Shown here piece after piece: positions 9,487 through 18,250 of a stretch of DNA of 64,000 nucleotides. The notes beneath the pieces are model-generated. The model made no database searches, was not told the origin of the DNA, and worked only from the letters and a program-made list of their open reading frames with translations. The stretch comes from a virus (lineage: Duplodnaviria > Heunggongvirae > Uroviricota > Caudoviricetes): the IMG/VR virus record IMGVR_UViG_3300050190_000017; one strand, written 5' to 3'. The position numbers were made by a program, and so were the translations under genes. Within the stretch, counting starts at the first letter, position 1. The number at the start of each line of letters is the position of its first letter.

Positions 9487-9518
9487 ACCTGTATGCGTAT
9501 TACCAACAAGGACGTAAG

Positions 9519-9809
9519 ATGAGCAATGTTGTCGAGTTCCCGAAGGCTTGTGTATCGTGTGATGCAGAGAGTGCCGACAGTGTATGTAAAGAAGCCGACG
9601 GTTGTCCTACTGAACGTGCCGTGCTGCAGCGATTCTGGCGTGCGCATCAAGCTCTGTTAGCCGGATGGAAGTTGGTACCTCTGGAGCCTACAGACAAGAT
9701 GGTTATCGCAGGTGTTCACTGTGAACAGGCGGAACATACTGGACGATACAGTAGTATGGAAGCTGCTTACCGTGCCATACTTGCAGCTGCACCTGATTAC
9801 CCCCTGTAA
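9519..9809 (+). CDS. hypothetical protein (96 aa, Cys-rich)
   Basis: ORF track. Confidence 0.55.
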   Translation: MSNVVEFPKACVSCDAESADSVCKEADGCPTERAVLQRFWRAHQALLAGWKLVPLEPTDKMVIAGVHCEQAEHTGRYSSMEAAYRAILAAAPDYPL

Positions 9810-9812
9810 ATA
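9805..9812 (+). promoter_or_regulatory. TGTAAATA box (CTGTAAATAAAGA)
   Basis: Overlaps the stop of gene 9519. Confidence 0.4.
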
Positions 9813-9818
9813 AAGAAC

Positions 9819-10220
9819 ATGACGTACACTGAAAAGACACTCACGCAAGGCGAGCACGTTGTCTACACCGCATCACTTAGTTTGTGGAATTCCTTCTGGA
9901 TGATCGTCCTCGGCATCATCCTTATTCCAGTGTTTGGTATCGGCTTGATCTTGCTATTGCTGGTGTTCTGCAACTTTGCCACAACTGAGTTGGTGATTAC
10001 AAACAAGCGGTTGGTGTCGAAGAAAGGTTTTATCAGTCGTAGAGTGATCGAGATCCCGTTGTCAAAAGTTGAAACGATTCGCGTGGATCAAACCTTCATG
10101 GGTCGCATCTTGAATTACGGTTCGGTGGTTGTGGCAGGTGCTGGTAATCCCCAAGAGCCGTTCCTGGGTATCTCGAAGCCCCTGGAGTTCCGTAAAAAGT
10201 TTTCTGAGGCTCAACTGTAA
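9819..10220 (+). CDS. membrane protein with bacterial PH-like (YdbT/DUF304-like) domain
   Basis: Two adjacent TM helices, then LVITNKRLV...IEIPLSKVETIRVDQ, typical of bPH_2 proteins. Confidence 0.45.
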   Translation: MTYTEKTLTQGEHVVYTASLSLWNSFWMIVLGIILIPVFGIGLILLLLVFCNFATTELVITNKRLVSKKGFISRRVIEIPLSKVETIRVDQTFMGRILNYGSVVVAGAGNPQEPFLGISKPLEFRKKFSEAQL

Positions 10221-10223
10221 ATA
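10216..10223 (+). promoter_or_regulatory. TGTAAATA box (CTGTAAATAAAGAGTA)
   Basis: Overlaps the stop of gene 9819. Confidence 0.4.
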
Positions 10224-10269
10224 AAGAGTAGATTCCTACTTTTGCTAGACCTTCAAATAAGGAATAAGG

Positions 10270-10371
10270 ATGCGTGATTCTGATGGTGGTAGCTGGCTAG
10301 AGGCTATTCTATTCGTAGCAATGGTTGGCATAGTGCTGTTCGACATAGTATCGGGTATACACTGTAACTAA
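10270..10371 (+). CDS. hypothetical small membrane peptide (33 aa)
   Basis: AGGA SD before the ATG. One hydrophobic helix. The stop lies inside the CTGTAACTAAAGAG box variant. Confidence 0.3.
   Translation: MRDSDGGSWLEAILFVAMVGIVLFDIVSGIHCN
10363..10370 (+). promoter_or_regulatory. TGTAACTA variant box
   Basis: Same flanks (CTGTAA.TAAAGAG) as neighbouring copies. Confidence 0.3.
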
Positions 10372-10424
10372 AGAGTGCAAGGTTTATCAATGAGCAGAGA
10401 TGCTCAATTACTAGGAGTAGGAAA

Positions 10425-10685
10425 ATGCTTACATTGAAGTTAATGTCAGAACAAGATATGCCTGACGACGATCCAGCCAAGGATTTCACCCTCGTCCAGA
10501 TCACCGATGACGAAGTATTGCAGTTCCTTCGTACAGGTGAGTCTGAAACATATCGTGAGTACACCTGCAAGGTAGTGGCACTTATCAAACGCCGTGATGG
10601 TTCCGAGATGCCCTATCCACTAGTAGGTAACGCCTACGTTATGAACGAGAATGGCAAGACCATTGCTAGTCGCTGTTCGTACTAG
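10425..10685 (+). CDS. hypothetical protein (86 aa)
   Basis: ORF track; GGAG SD. Confidence 0.55.
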   Translation: MLTLKLMSEQDMPDDDPAKDFTLVQITDDEVLQFLRTGESETYREYTCKVVALIKRRDGSEMPYPLVGNAYVMNENGKTIASRCSY

Positions 10686-10693
10686 TGTAAATA
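10686..10693 (+). promoter_or_regulatory. TGTAAATA box (GTGTAAATAAAGAGTA)
   Basis: Lies between the stop of gene 10425 and the tRNA. Confidence 0.4.
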
Positions 10694-10706
10694 AAGAGTA
10701 TGAAGT

Positions 10707-10781
10707 AGGGGAGTAGCCAAGTGGTACGGCACTAGTCTTTGACACTAGCACGCGAAGGTTCGATCCCTTCCTCCCCTGCCA
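10707..10781 (+). tRNA. tRNA-Gln: tRNA-Gln (anticodon UUG)
   Basis: Cloverleaf folded by hand. Acceptor AGGGGAG/CTCCCCT, anticodon stem CTAGT/ACTAG with loop CTTTGAC, T arm GAAGG-TTCGATC-CCTTC, discriminator G and encoded CCA. Confidence 0.75.
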
Positions 10782-10795
10782 AAGTTTTTCACTGC

Positions 10796-10803
10796 TGTAA
10801 ATA
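10796..10803 (+). promoter_or_regulatory. TGTAAATA box
   Basis: Immediately 3' of the tRNA. Confidence 0.4.
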
Positions 10804-10953
10804 ACAAGTAACGAATTCCAACAAATAGAAAAGTAATGATTAAGATCTTTTGACTCTATAGCTTCACTGATTAGCAGCACCCGTAGTATAGATCGCAGTA
10901 AGCTGTAGAGAAAACAAACCTTCATTCAAAATCCAATTTGGAATATCACACAC

Positions 10954-11697
10954 ATGAACAAGATCATTATCGCCGCAGCTATTTCCGCAATGTTCGCAGC
11001 TTCGGCTTTTGCAGGTAGCCCTTCGACTATTCCTGCTGGTGTCTCGGCCAGTACTGGTGGTGGCGCAGGAGTTGCTAACACGATTAGCGGTAGCTTTAGT
11101 TCTTTCAATGGTGGATCGAGCGAGTCTCAAGCTTTCAATAGCGAAAGTTCTGCAGTTACCTCGACGGCAGGTATCAGCAAGAGCGGCGTAGCAACCACCT
11201 CCGGTACTATTGCTAATAGCGGTAGCGCATACGGCTGGAACCTCAGCTCGGGCGCAGGCACGGGTAGCGCAGTCTCGACTGGTTCGGCTGACGCCAACAC
11301 CAGTGAGAATACCACAGTAAACGGCGGTAGCAGCTCCGGTAATATTACGCTGGTCAGTGGCAATAACATTGTTGCTGGTAGAAACCAAGGTGGGGCTGTT
11401 GGTTCAGCTGAGGGTGGTAGCTACACCACGAGCCTCTCGTCCACGAATAGCTCTAGCGTAAACAAGACCACCGGTTCGACGTCCACCACGGATATTACGT
11501 CGACGCTGACGGGCGACGCCTGGGGCGCAACGGCTACCACCCAAGGTTCGGGATTGACGGTTGGTAGTACAGCTCTTAGCGATCCGAGCACCATCACTGT
11601 TAACACGAATGGTGGTTTCAACTTCGGCGGTGCTATCACGACGGGTGAAGGCGCAGGCGCAACGCTTATCAACAACCCAGTCAGCAACAACCCGTAA
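10954..11697 (+). CDS. secreted Ser/Gly/Thr-rich protein with signal peptide
   Basis: MNKIIIAAAISAMFAASAFA signal-like N-terminus, then low-complexity S/G/T-rich sequence. The minus-strand ORF 10864-11388 is judged a shadow. Confidence 0.55.
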   Translation: MNKIIIAAAISAMFAASAFAGSPSTIPAGVSASTGGGAGVANTISGSFSSFNGGSSESQAFNSESSAVTSTAGISKSGVATTSGTIANSGSAYGWNLSSGAGTGSAVSTGSADANTSENTTVNGGSSSGNITLVSGNNIVAGRNQGGAVGSAEGGSYTTSLSSTNSSSVNKTTGSTSTTDITSTLTGDAWGATATTQGSGLTVGSTALSDPSTITVNTNGGFNFGGAITTGEGAGATLINNPVSNNP

Positions 11698-11734
11698 TCA
11701 ACAAAGCTTCACACGTAACATCTAGCTAGACTGA

Positions 11735-11771
11735 GGTGGATAGGGATTAAGTTCCCTATCCACCTCTTTTC
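11735..11771 (+). terminator. rho-independent terminator
   Basis: 12-bp stem GGTGGATAGGGA/TCCCTATCCACC, loop TTAAGT, then TCTTTT. Confidence 0.7.
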
Positions 11772-11788
11772 ACATTTGCCCTCCTTAA

Positions 11789-12499
11789 TTGGACGAAAAC
11801 ATGAATAAGAAGCTCCTAGTAGCAACTGTACTTTCTCTATCGTCAGCTGTAGCCTTTGCACAGACTGCAAGCACGGCATCGAATGCAAGTACGCAGAGTG
11901 CAGCACAAGGTGGTTCCCTGTTGTTCGCCCCTGTTTCTGATAGTACCGTTCGCTACGCAACCTCCTCGGCATTCGCTCCCTCGCTCACCTCTTCAAATGA
12001 TACGTGTATGGGTAGTTCGTCGATGGGTGCGACCGGTATGTCGTTCGGTGTAGCCCTTGGTTCGACCTGGACAGATTCCAATTGCACGATGTTGAAGAAC
12101 GCGCGTGAAGAATGGAACATGGGCGAGCACTCCGCAGCAATGGCCCTTCTCTGTACCAATGACGACATTCGCTATTCGATCTCTGTGTCGGGTGGTGTTA
12201 TTGATCGTCGCAAAGATGGGGCCACCATTCGCCGTGGTTGCCCAATGACGAAGGCCGAGTGGGTTGCAGCCGGTCGTCCTCTAATTGATCCTGATACCGG
12301 CCAAGCAGTTGCTCCTGGCTCGGTCGTTACTCCGGCACCCGTAGCAGCAGCCGTTGTTCAACGCCCTCTCGCTTTGTTGGACTCGAAGGGTGTGCTGATG
12401 ACGGTAACGCCGCAGATGAAGACCGCCGAAGAAATTCAAGCACACGCCGCTATCATCAAAGCCAATGCGGAAATGCGTGCGCAGTCTGTTACCAAGTAA
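11789..12499 (+). CDS. secreted protein with signal peptide (236 aa)
   Basis: MNKKLLVATVLSLSSAVAFAQT signal peptide; several Cys. Confidence 0.6.
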   Translation: MDENMNKKLLVATVLSLSSAVAFAQTASTASNASTQSAAQGGSLLFAPVSDSTVRYATSSAFAPSLTSSNDTCMGSSSMGATGMSFGVALGSTWTDSNCTMLKNAREEWNMGEHSAAMALLCTNDDIRYSISVSGGVIDRRKDGATIRRGCPMTKAEWVAAGRPLIDPDTGQAVAPGSVVTPAPVAAAVVQRPLALLDSKGVLMTVTPQMKTAEEIQAHAAIIKANAEMRAQSVTK

Positions 12500-12528
12500 T
12501 TTTGAATAAACTCATAAAGGAACTAATC

Positions 12529-12702
12529 ATGTCTGAAAATAATAGTAATGAAGACCCGAGCGGAGGTAATGAAGACGCAAAGTGGCTGGACCGGGCTGAT
12601 GAAGCGCGTGCAGAAGGTCACGCAACGCAGGATCAGGTTGATGCACTGGTTGCCAAGCTTAGTGTAGAGGCCGATGCATCTAAGGACTCAACTACGGAGT
12701 AG
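12529..12702 (+). CDS. hypothetical acidic protein (57 aa)
   Basis: ATG with AAAGG SD. The track ORF begins at an upstream TTG at 12502. Confidence 0.45.
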   Translation: MSENNSNEDPSGGNEDAKWLDRADEARAEGHATQDQVDALVAKLSVEADASKDSTTE

Positions 12703-12711
12703 GGAGCAACG

Positions 12712-13119
12712 ATGAAGCAACTCTTACTAGTAGCACTGCTTGGTGTAGCCTTCAGTGCGCAAGCACAAGAACTCACCAATGGTGGAATGCCTCCAGGCGA
12801 TCCACCATCCATCCTGGTAGCTAACGTGCCGATGGGTTCTGGTGTGCCGAGCCTTGGACAGACTATCGGTTACTCCTCAGCAACTCCTGTTGCCGATGGC
12901 CTGTATCACGTCCCTGGTTATCTTCCACTGCAATCTAGTGCAGGCACGATCTGGCCTCGTGTTGTAGACGTTAGCTGCGATCCGATTAGAGGCGTGTGGT
13001 ACTGCAATGGTTATCACGTCGATGGTGTGCTTGAACGTGGTGAGGACATTTATGTGCGTCCAGTCTTCCGTCAATCAATTACATTAACACTTCCGCTGAC
13101 CACTCCTATTCAGCACTAA
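12712..13119 (+). CDS. secreted protein with signal peptide (135 aa)
   Basis: MKQLLLVALLGVAFSAQAQ signal peptide. Confidence 0.6.
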   Translation: MKQLLLVALLGVAFSAQAQELTNGGMPPGDPPSILVANVPMGSGVPSLGQTIGYSSATPVADGLYHVPGYLPLQSSAGTIWPRVVDVSCDPIRGVWYCNGYHVDGVLERGEDIYVRPVFRQSITLTLPLTTPIQH

Positions 13120-13127
13120 TGTAAATA
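13120..13127 (+). promoter_or_regulatory. TGTAAATA box
   Basis: Overlaps or abuts the stop of gene 12712 and precedes a hairpin. Confidence 0.4.
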
Positions 13128-13129
13128 GA

Positions 13130-13160
13130 GGGTAGTCAATCCTGACTATCCCTTTCCTCT
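13130..13160 (+). terminator. putative terminator hairpin
   Basis: GGGTAGTCA/TGACTA(T)CCC stem with one bulge, then a T-rich tract. Confidence 0.4.
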
Positions 13161-13176
13161 TCTAGGACTAGCAACT

Positions 13177-13440
13177 ATGACCGATTACACCTACAAAGCA
13201 ACCAACGCAATCGAAGAATCCCTTCTCCTGTCCACAGCACCGCCCACCAACGAAGAGATTGCAGACCTCCAAATCAAAGATTGGGCAGACTCTCTTACAC
13301 AAATCACTGCAGCTGTTCGCACTCTGGAACACGCACTGCCTCTCGCAAGTTCTCAGGGTATCGAACAGTCCTTCAAGCGGTTGTCGTCAAACATGCATAG
13401 CCTTCGTCTGTTCTTGTTGGTACGGGGATTCAATGTCTAA
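13177..13440 (+). CDS. hypothetical protein (87 aa)
   Basis: ORF track. Confidence 0.5.
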   Translation: MTDYTYKATNAIEESLLLSTAPPTNEEIADLQIKDWADSLTQITAAVRTLEHALPLASSQGIEQSFKRLSSNMHSLRLFLLVRGFNV

Positions 13441-13639
13441 GGCGGTCCACAAAGAATTGAAGGTTAAGCGGTACTCTGTAGTCCACGCAGAAGACACAGG
13501 GCAAGTCGATCTAGTGGTAGCTGACTCAGGTGACTTCGTTAAAGTTACTGACGTTAAAGCAGCACTTCGCGCCATGCTGAGAGCACACAGGCTAACCCCT
13601 GAAACTGCAACACGCATTATCACAAACTTGGCTTTGTAA
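13433..13639 (+). CDS. hypothetical protein (68 aa)
   Basis: Internal ATG of track ORF 13259-13639, overlapping the upstream stop (ATGTCTAA). Confidence 0.45.
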   Translation: MSKAVHKELKVKRYSVVHAEDTGQVDLVVADSGDFVKVTDVKAALRAMLRAHRLTPETATRIITNLAL

Positions 13640-13679
13640 TCCAGCCACCCGGCTGAGTAATAACTTCTGGAGAATCCTA

Positions 13680-14195
13680 GTGTACAACTCAGCCGGTAAA
13701 CGATACCCAGATGAGCAGTCAGATCTCCGAGAGATATTCGCCCGTATCAAAGATAGCAACCAGGAGTCGGGCGTTCTATACTACGAGGTTGTGAATGCTC
13801 CCCATCTCCAGCCCCTAATTAACGCACTTACCCACGTGGGCTTAACAGCAGCCCCTGTGCAAGATACCCGCACACTAATCCTTGTGCATAACGATATGGG
13901 TTCCACACTGTTTCCGGTCTTGCGTATTGAGTGGCATCCGGAGCAAGTTAGGCACTGGTGGCCGAATCAAAAGTTCGAGGGCGTACCCGAGTCTGTTCTT
14001 CCGTTACTAACAAAATTTCGTATAGGTGTGGTATTCGCATTCTTCACCTGTATATTTGCATCACTGCTGTGTGCCCTAGTTATGAACAGGCATTCAGTAG
14101 CGTCACACGATTTAGCAATAGGCGCCATTGGCTCCCTCTTCCTTCTGTGTCTCTTAGGACTTCTTGAGCATGAATCAGCAAACCAATCAAATTAG
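13680..14195 (+). CDS. membrane protein (171 aa; C-terminal TM helices)
   Basis: ORF track; GTG start; GGAG SD. Confidence 0.5.
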   Translation: MYNSAGKRYPDEQSDLREIFARIKDSNQESGVLYYEVVNAPHLQPLINALTHVGLTAAPVQDTRTLILVHNDMGSTLFPVLRIEWHPEQVRHWWPNQKFEGVPESVLPLLTKFRIGVVFAFFTCIFASLLCALVMNRHSVASHDLAIGAIGSLFLLCLLGLLEHESANQSN

Positions 14196-14472
14196 TACCT
14201 TCAACTGTGTAGTGAAGAAGGGCGCAGAAGAATTACCCGCAGAAGGGGTTGTGCTTAAGCAGGAGGATACCTTCGACGTTCAGGTGTTCCTCAACTCTCA
14301 GTTCTACACGTTCAGCATTATCAGGCAGCAAGACCACCAGTACATGCTTCGCCTAGTTCGTATACATGATCGTACCGGAACACTCATATCACTAAAGACG
14401 CTGCTCCTGACAGACCCCAAAGTGGAGATGTTGTTTGAGCGCGTTCTCACCACGTTAGTAAATCAGGAATAA
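14170..14472 (+). CDS. hypothetical protein (100 aa)
   Basis: ORF track 14164-14472; first ATG at 14170. Confidence 0.5.
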   Translation: MNQQTNQISTFNCVVKKGAEELPAEGVVLKQEDTFDVQVFLNSQFYTFSIIRQQDHQYMLRLVRIHDRTGTLISLKTLLLTDPKVEMLFERVLTTLVNQE

Positions 14473-14492
14473 TTTTTAAGTAAGGAAACAGT

Positions 14493-14840
14493 ATGGAAGT
14501 TCGGAATTTTAGTTCTAGGGTGGGCGATGTTACGCTAACCGGTACAGTCAGGGGGAAATACAAAGAGATCAGCGACTACTATGTAAAGGTAGAAGTTGTT
14601 AACTCTGGATATAAGTATCACTTTGAGTTCGAGATGATTATGGTGGCTATCCCTGCCATGTACATCGTGAATCGAATAATGCTTACCGCTCTGGTTGACG
14701 GGCCTATGCCTATGCCGTTTCAGACCACTCAGCGTATGCAAGCAGCACAATGTTTTGAGCATGCCTTGCTACGTATCGTCGAGCTGTTCAAGGAGATTGT
14801 AAGCAAGGAGGCAGCTACACCCGAAGCGGTTATCACATGA
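14493..14840 (+). CDS. hypothetical protein (115 aa)
   Basis: ORF track; AAGGAAAC SD. Confidence 0.55.
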   Translation: MEVRNFSSRVGDVTLTGTVRGKYKEISDYYVKVEVVNSGYKYHFEFEMIMVAIPAMYIVNRIMLTALVDGPMPMPFQTTQRMQAAQCFEHALLRIVELFKEIVSKEAATPEAVIT

Positions 14841-14983
14841 CGTACATAGACCTGGAGATCCACGTAATGATCTCACTGATGCTGACAGGGCTGCTCCTCT
14901 ACGTGTTATTCCCTATAAACTCGCCGAGGCTGTGGTTCCTCGTGTTCTTATTCTTTTTCCTGGTCACACTTGCCCTCTACTAA
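14837..14983 (+). CDS. small hydrophobic protein (48 aa)
   Basis: ATGA overlap with the upstream stop. Two hydrophobic segments. Below the track cutoff. Confidence 0.35.
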   Translation: MTYIDLEIHVMISLMLTGLLLYVLFPINSPRLWFLVFLFFFLVTLALY

Positions 14984-15034
14984 AAGCCCTGCCCCTGGTC
15001 CCTAAAAAGATTGGCGGCAGGGCTTTTTCGTTTT
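14983..15034 (+). terminator. rho-independent terminator
   Basis: AAAGCCCTGCC...GGCAGGGCTTTTT then CGTTTT. Confidence 0.6.
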
Positions 15035-15209
15035 GGGCCAAAATTCCCGGTTTATCAGACTAGGTAAACCTTCCATTGCAGGTAGGCTACAGCGTCGTAG
15101 GCACCCTCTGACGGGCTGAAAATAGGGGTTTTGACCATTTACCCGTGATCCCTAGATTTTGCCTATTTTTTGTGCAAATTTGCGTAAAAACAACACCTAA
15201 ACAAAATTG

Positions 15210-15238
15210 TTGTTTCCCATGTAAATACGTGTTACAAT
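15210..15238 (+). promoter_or_regulatory. sigma70-like promoter (TTGTTT-N17-TACAAT) in conserved box GTGTTACAATAAGGTGTAG
   Basis: Second copy of the 660-700 box and leader. A TGTAAATA at 15220-15227 sits in the spacer. Confidence 0.45.
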
Positions 15239-15286
15239 AAGGTGTAGAGGCACCCGATAGAAAACCAAAGGAAAAGGAAGAACAAA

Positions 15287-15574
15287 ATGGCAAAAGCAAA
15301 AGTGTTGAACGTAGAGGGTAAGGTTCGCAAGGCAACGATCAAGTTTGCACAGGCATTGCTTGACGTCGGCGTGAATGTCAAAAGAGTTTACTCTGAGGTC
15401 ATCGAGATTAAAGGTAAAGGCCGTTTCAGTCTTTACGTTGATCTCGCGTATGACTGTGGATACCTCGCGGTTAGTGTGCTAACGCGAAAGGGCCATGTCC
15501 AGACTCAAGCCGAGTGTGCAACCTACACCGAGTTCAAAGCATTGTTGACCACCTGGAACATAGCAGCGTACTAA
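15287..15574 (+). CDS. hypothetical protein (95 aa)
   Basis: ORF track; follows the promoter and A-rich leader. Confidence 0.6.
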   Translation: MAKAKVLNVEGKVRKATIKFAQALLDVGVNVKRVYSEVIEIKGKGRFSLYVDLAYDCGYLAVSVLTRKGHVQTQAECATYTEFKALLTTWNIAAY

Positions 15575-15582
15575 GGAGCATC

Positions 15583-15708
15583 ATGTTATCCCTAATTCGT
15601 TTCGAGCTGTGGTCATTGTCCCAGCTCTACAAGTTCGCTCGTATGTCAGGATTCGGTCGTATTCAATCAGCCAGCATTGCTCTAACTCTTGTTATAACCA
15701 TTCGCTAA
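15583..15708 (+). CDS. small protein (41 aa)
   Basis: CTAAGGAGCATCATG; internal ATG of track ORF 15514-15708. Confidence 0.4.
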   Translation: MLSLIRFELWSLSQLYKFARMSGFGRIQSASIALTLVITIR

Positions 15709-15722
15709 CTCGGAGAATCAAA

Positions 15723-15854
15723 ATGAACTTCATCATCGACGCAATCAAAAGCAACAAGGAAGTGTTCTACGGCATCATCGGCGGCTTCATCGTGTTCACG
15801 TGCCCGGTTCTGATTGATATGTATGTTCGCCCGCTGTTGCACACGCTGTACTAA
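15723..15854 (+). CDS. small membrane protein (43 aa)
   Basis: GGAGAATCAAAATG; one TM helix; internal ATG of track ORF 15609-15854. Confidence 0.4.
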   Translation: MNFIIDAIKSNKEVFYGIIGGFIVFTCPVLIDMYVRPLLHTLY

Positions 15855-15864
15855 GGAGTAGCCC

Positions 15865-16308
15865 ATGAAAGTTACAGCAATGGCATTCACTAGAAGTGAG
15901 GCCGAAAATCGTATCACTGGCGTTTCTCTTGTTCTGGGCAAACACATCTTGAAGTTATTCCTGTATCCAACATCGCAGTATGTCAAAGGTTGGGAGAAGG
16001 AAGTTCGGGCGTGGTACACCGCTTGCAAGGATGTGGGCAACCACCTTAAGAAGGGCGGTAAAGTCAAGCCTTTGGACTACTTCGAGTGGTTGTATGAAAC
16101 TCCATTCCACAACGGTATTAATGAATACTACGAGCAGGTGGTGGAGCAGAATGATAAATTGGTTCCCAAGTTCGGTACACATGAAGTTCCCGATTTGGAA
16201 ACTTTGGTAAAAGCTTTGTACGTAAAGATGGCAAACTCGATGGCGAAAGACAAAGAGTGGTCCCAGTTCATCTCAGACTTGCAAGAGTACGTCGGCACGG
16301 ATAACTAA
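15865..16308 (+). CDS. hypothetical protein (147 aa)
   Basis: ORF track; TAAGGAGTAG SD. Confidence 0.6.
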   Translation: MKVTAMAFTRSEAENRITGVSLVLGKHILKLFLYPTSQYVKGWEKEVRAWYTACKDVGNHLKKGGKVKPLDYFEWLYETPFHNGINEYYEQVVEQNDKLVPKFGTHEVPDLETLVKALYVKMANSMAKDKEWSQFISDLQEYVGTDN

Positions 16309-16319
16309 GGAGTAAGAAA

Positions 16320-16526
16320 ATGATTGTCACCTACGTGTGTACCGTTATTGATCGACGCACTGATAAGGAGTTGGCGAGCTACGAGATTGAGATTGACCCA
16401 AAGTACGAGCATGAAGATCACGCTCGACGCTATGCTGCAGCTATGTTTAGAAAAGAAGCACTTAACTTCAAGCAGGAAGCGGATTGGTTTATCCGTTCAA
16501 CAAGGAGTAGCAATGCCCAATCCTGA
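16320..16526 (+). CDS. hypothetical protein (68 aa; paralog of 19340)
   Basis: ORF track; TAAGGAGTAAG SD; DKELASYEIEID is shared with 19340. Confidence 0.55.
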   Translation: MIVTYVCTVIDRRTDKELASYEIEIDPKYEHEDHARRYAAAMFRKEALNFKQEADWFIRSTRSSNAQS

Positions 16527-16707
16527 CTACAGAGAGCCATTCGTCTTACCCTTCCCTAAAGGTATGAGCCGCGAGGAAATATTTGCTAACCAATGGAGGA
16601 ACTTTCGTGAGTGCCCTAAGTGCGGGGCAGAGAAGGGTGACTGTTGCAGGAGCCCCTTCTGTGTTCAACTGAAATACGCAGTACCTAACTGTCGGCCTAA
16701 GGAATAA
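16513..16707 (+). CDS. Cys-rich small protein (64 aa; zinc-ribbon-like CPKCG...CC)
   Basis: CAAGGAGTAGCAATG; internal ATG of track ORF 16324-16707. Confidence 0.5.
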   Translation: MPNPDYREPFVLPFPKGMSREEIFANQWRNFRECPKCGAEKGDCCRSPFCVQLKYAVPNCRPKE

Positions 16708-16711
16708 GAAA

Positions 16712-17518
16712 ATGAAGAATGAAAATCTGTATCGCGATCTCAACAACTTCGACGTGGTGGCTAAGGTAGAAGAGCTACACGGCCAGCGCATCGACGATAG
16801 TACTCCGAAGGAAATTGTACTCGAGCTGTTAACCTTGCAGGGCGCTAAGAATGTGCTCAAGGAGCAACTGTTGCTAGATGCAAATGATACGACGTTTGGC
16901 ATGGATGCTCTTCCGTACCTGCAGATCGTTAAGGACTTGGGTTTCATCGAGGTGTACACTGATACATTCCCCCACGTCTGGGAGGGGGAAGAAGCCCGGG
17001 ATTATACGGAAACGCATTACGTTCTGGCTAACCCGGAGATTGGTGCAGTCTTGAACTTTGACACGTACAGCTATCAGGATAGCTCAGGTAAGCTGGCTGT
17101 GCATCGCAACGGCGCGACTCTTCAATACTGTTGGCAGCCCAAAGACTTAGCCGCATATCCTAATGGTGTACTGAGTTCTGGTGGGTGGGAGTCAAAGACT
17201 GATCCAGAGTGGAGGAATCAGAATCTGCGCTTTGAATGTACTCCTGATCTGTTCTGGTTCGGCTCGCATGACGCACGCGAAGGCTTACGGTTCATCATCA
17301 AGAATCTTATGGATGCGGGTACGATGCTTCCTGTGTGGCCGTCGATGACCCGCTCCTACTGGTTGCCATTCATCAACTGGTCGGATTGGAAAGTCTGCGA
17401 TTACAAAACAACGGGGAGTAAGGCATCCTCAGACGCCATCCATGCACTCAACAATTACCGATACAGGACAACCCCGGAATGGTTCAAAGCAATGACCGGT
17501 CATAACGTTAGCGTGTAA
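16712..17518 (+). CDS. hypothetical protein (268 aa)
   Basis: ORF track; TAAGGAATAAG SD. Confidence 0.6.
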   Translation: MKNENLYRDLNNFDVVAKVEELHGQRIDDSTPKEIVLELLTLQGAKNVLKEQLLLDANDTTFGMDALPYLQIVKDLGFIEVYTDTFPHVWEGEEARDYTETHYVLANPEIGAVLNFDTYSYQDSSGKLAVHRNGATLQYCWQPKDLAAYPNGVLSSGGWESKTDPEWRNQNLRFECTPDLFWFGSHDAREGLRFIIKNLMDAGTMLPVWPSMTRSYWLPFINWSDWKVCDYKTTGSKASSDAIHALNNYRYRTTPEWFKAMTGHNVSV

Positions 17519-17528
17519 GGAGTAGGTA

Positions 17529-17783
17529 ATGCTCGCACATCAAATCTCAAACTACATAGGGTTCTCAGAACACACAGTCCATGCGGTCCTGCTGTTCGCT
17601 ATCCTCGCAGTTATCCTGGGGTCGATACTGGTCACGTTCTGGCATGTAATTATTGTCGGGTCGTTCACAGTCTTGTGCCTTGCGTTTTTCTTAGGAGACA
17701 AACCGGAGGTTCACAACCCTCCGGTGTACGTAGTCGGCCACCTGGTTCCAAACAATCCTTACGACAACGGGAGTAGGCAATGA
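17529..17783 (+). CDS. membrane protein (84 aa)
   Basis: ORF track; TAAGGAGTAGG SD. Confidence 0.55.
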   Translation: MLAHQISNYIGFSEHTVHAVLLFAILAVILGSILVTFWHVIIVGSFTVLCLAFFLGDKPEVHNPPVYVVGHLVPNNPYDNGSRQ

Positions 17784-18250
17784 GCGTCCTAGCAGGAGTT
17801 GTACACAGCTATGTCCTGTCAAACCCTGGCGTTACGTCGGCGATGTGTCGAGCATACCTCGCACCCTACTGTACAGCCAATAAGTACAAGGCCAGCAGTA
17901 TCAACACTTACCTCTCGGCAATGACTAGAGCCGGTATACTACGTTCAGAGAAGGTCGGAGGTAAGGAGGTGCATTACTATGTAGCATCTCCTTTCTCCAC
18001 TGAGAGGTTGAGAGCCACGATCTACAAGAGTAAGAAAGGGCAAGCCTTACCACGGGTTAAGGAGACTCAACCATTCACTCCAGTCCACTCCCTACTCCGA
18101 CCTATACTGAGAAAGCACAAACCAGAAGTCGTGCTAGAGGCTCTCAAGTATGAGCTGCTCGCAGTGTACGGAACACACTTGACCTCTGCAATTACTGACA
18201 AGTTCGATGCAGCGTTCGACACCATTACTTCTATATTGAGTAAATCATGA
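17780..18250 (+). CDS. hypothetical protein (156 aa)
   Basis: ORF track; GGGAGTAGG SD. Confidence 0.55.
   Translation: MSVLAGVVHSYVLSNPGVTSAMCRAYLAPYCTANKYKASSINTYLSAMTRAGILRSEKVGGKEVHYYVASPFSTERLRATIYKSKKGQALPRVKETQPFTPVHSLLRPILRKHKPEVVLEALKYELLAVYGTHLTSAITDKFDAAFDTITSILSKS

Noticed and set aside
10864-11388. Minus-strand 174-aa ORF
   Set aside because: It overlaps the + strand signal-peptide gene 10954-11697. It has no RBS and goes against the uniform strand orientation.
13259-13432. Long 5' extensions of track ORFs 13259-13639, 9145-9483, 15514-15708, 15609-15854, 16324-16707 and 28858-29211
   Set aside because: The extensions overlap upstream genes in other frames. Internal ATGs with SD sequences, often TAAGGAGTAG, give non-overlapping starts with translational-coupling geometry.
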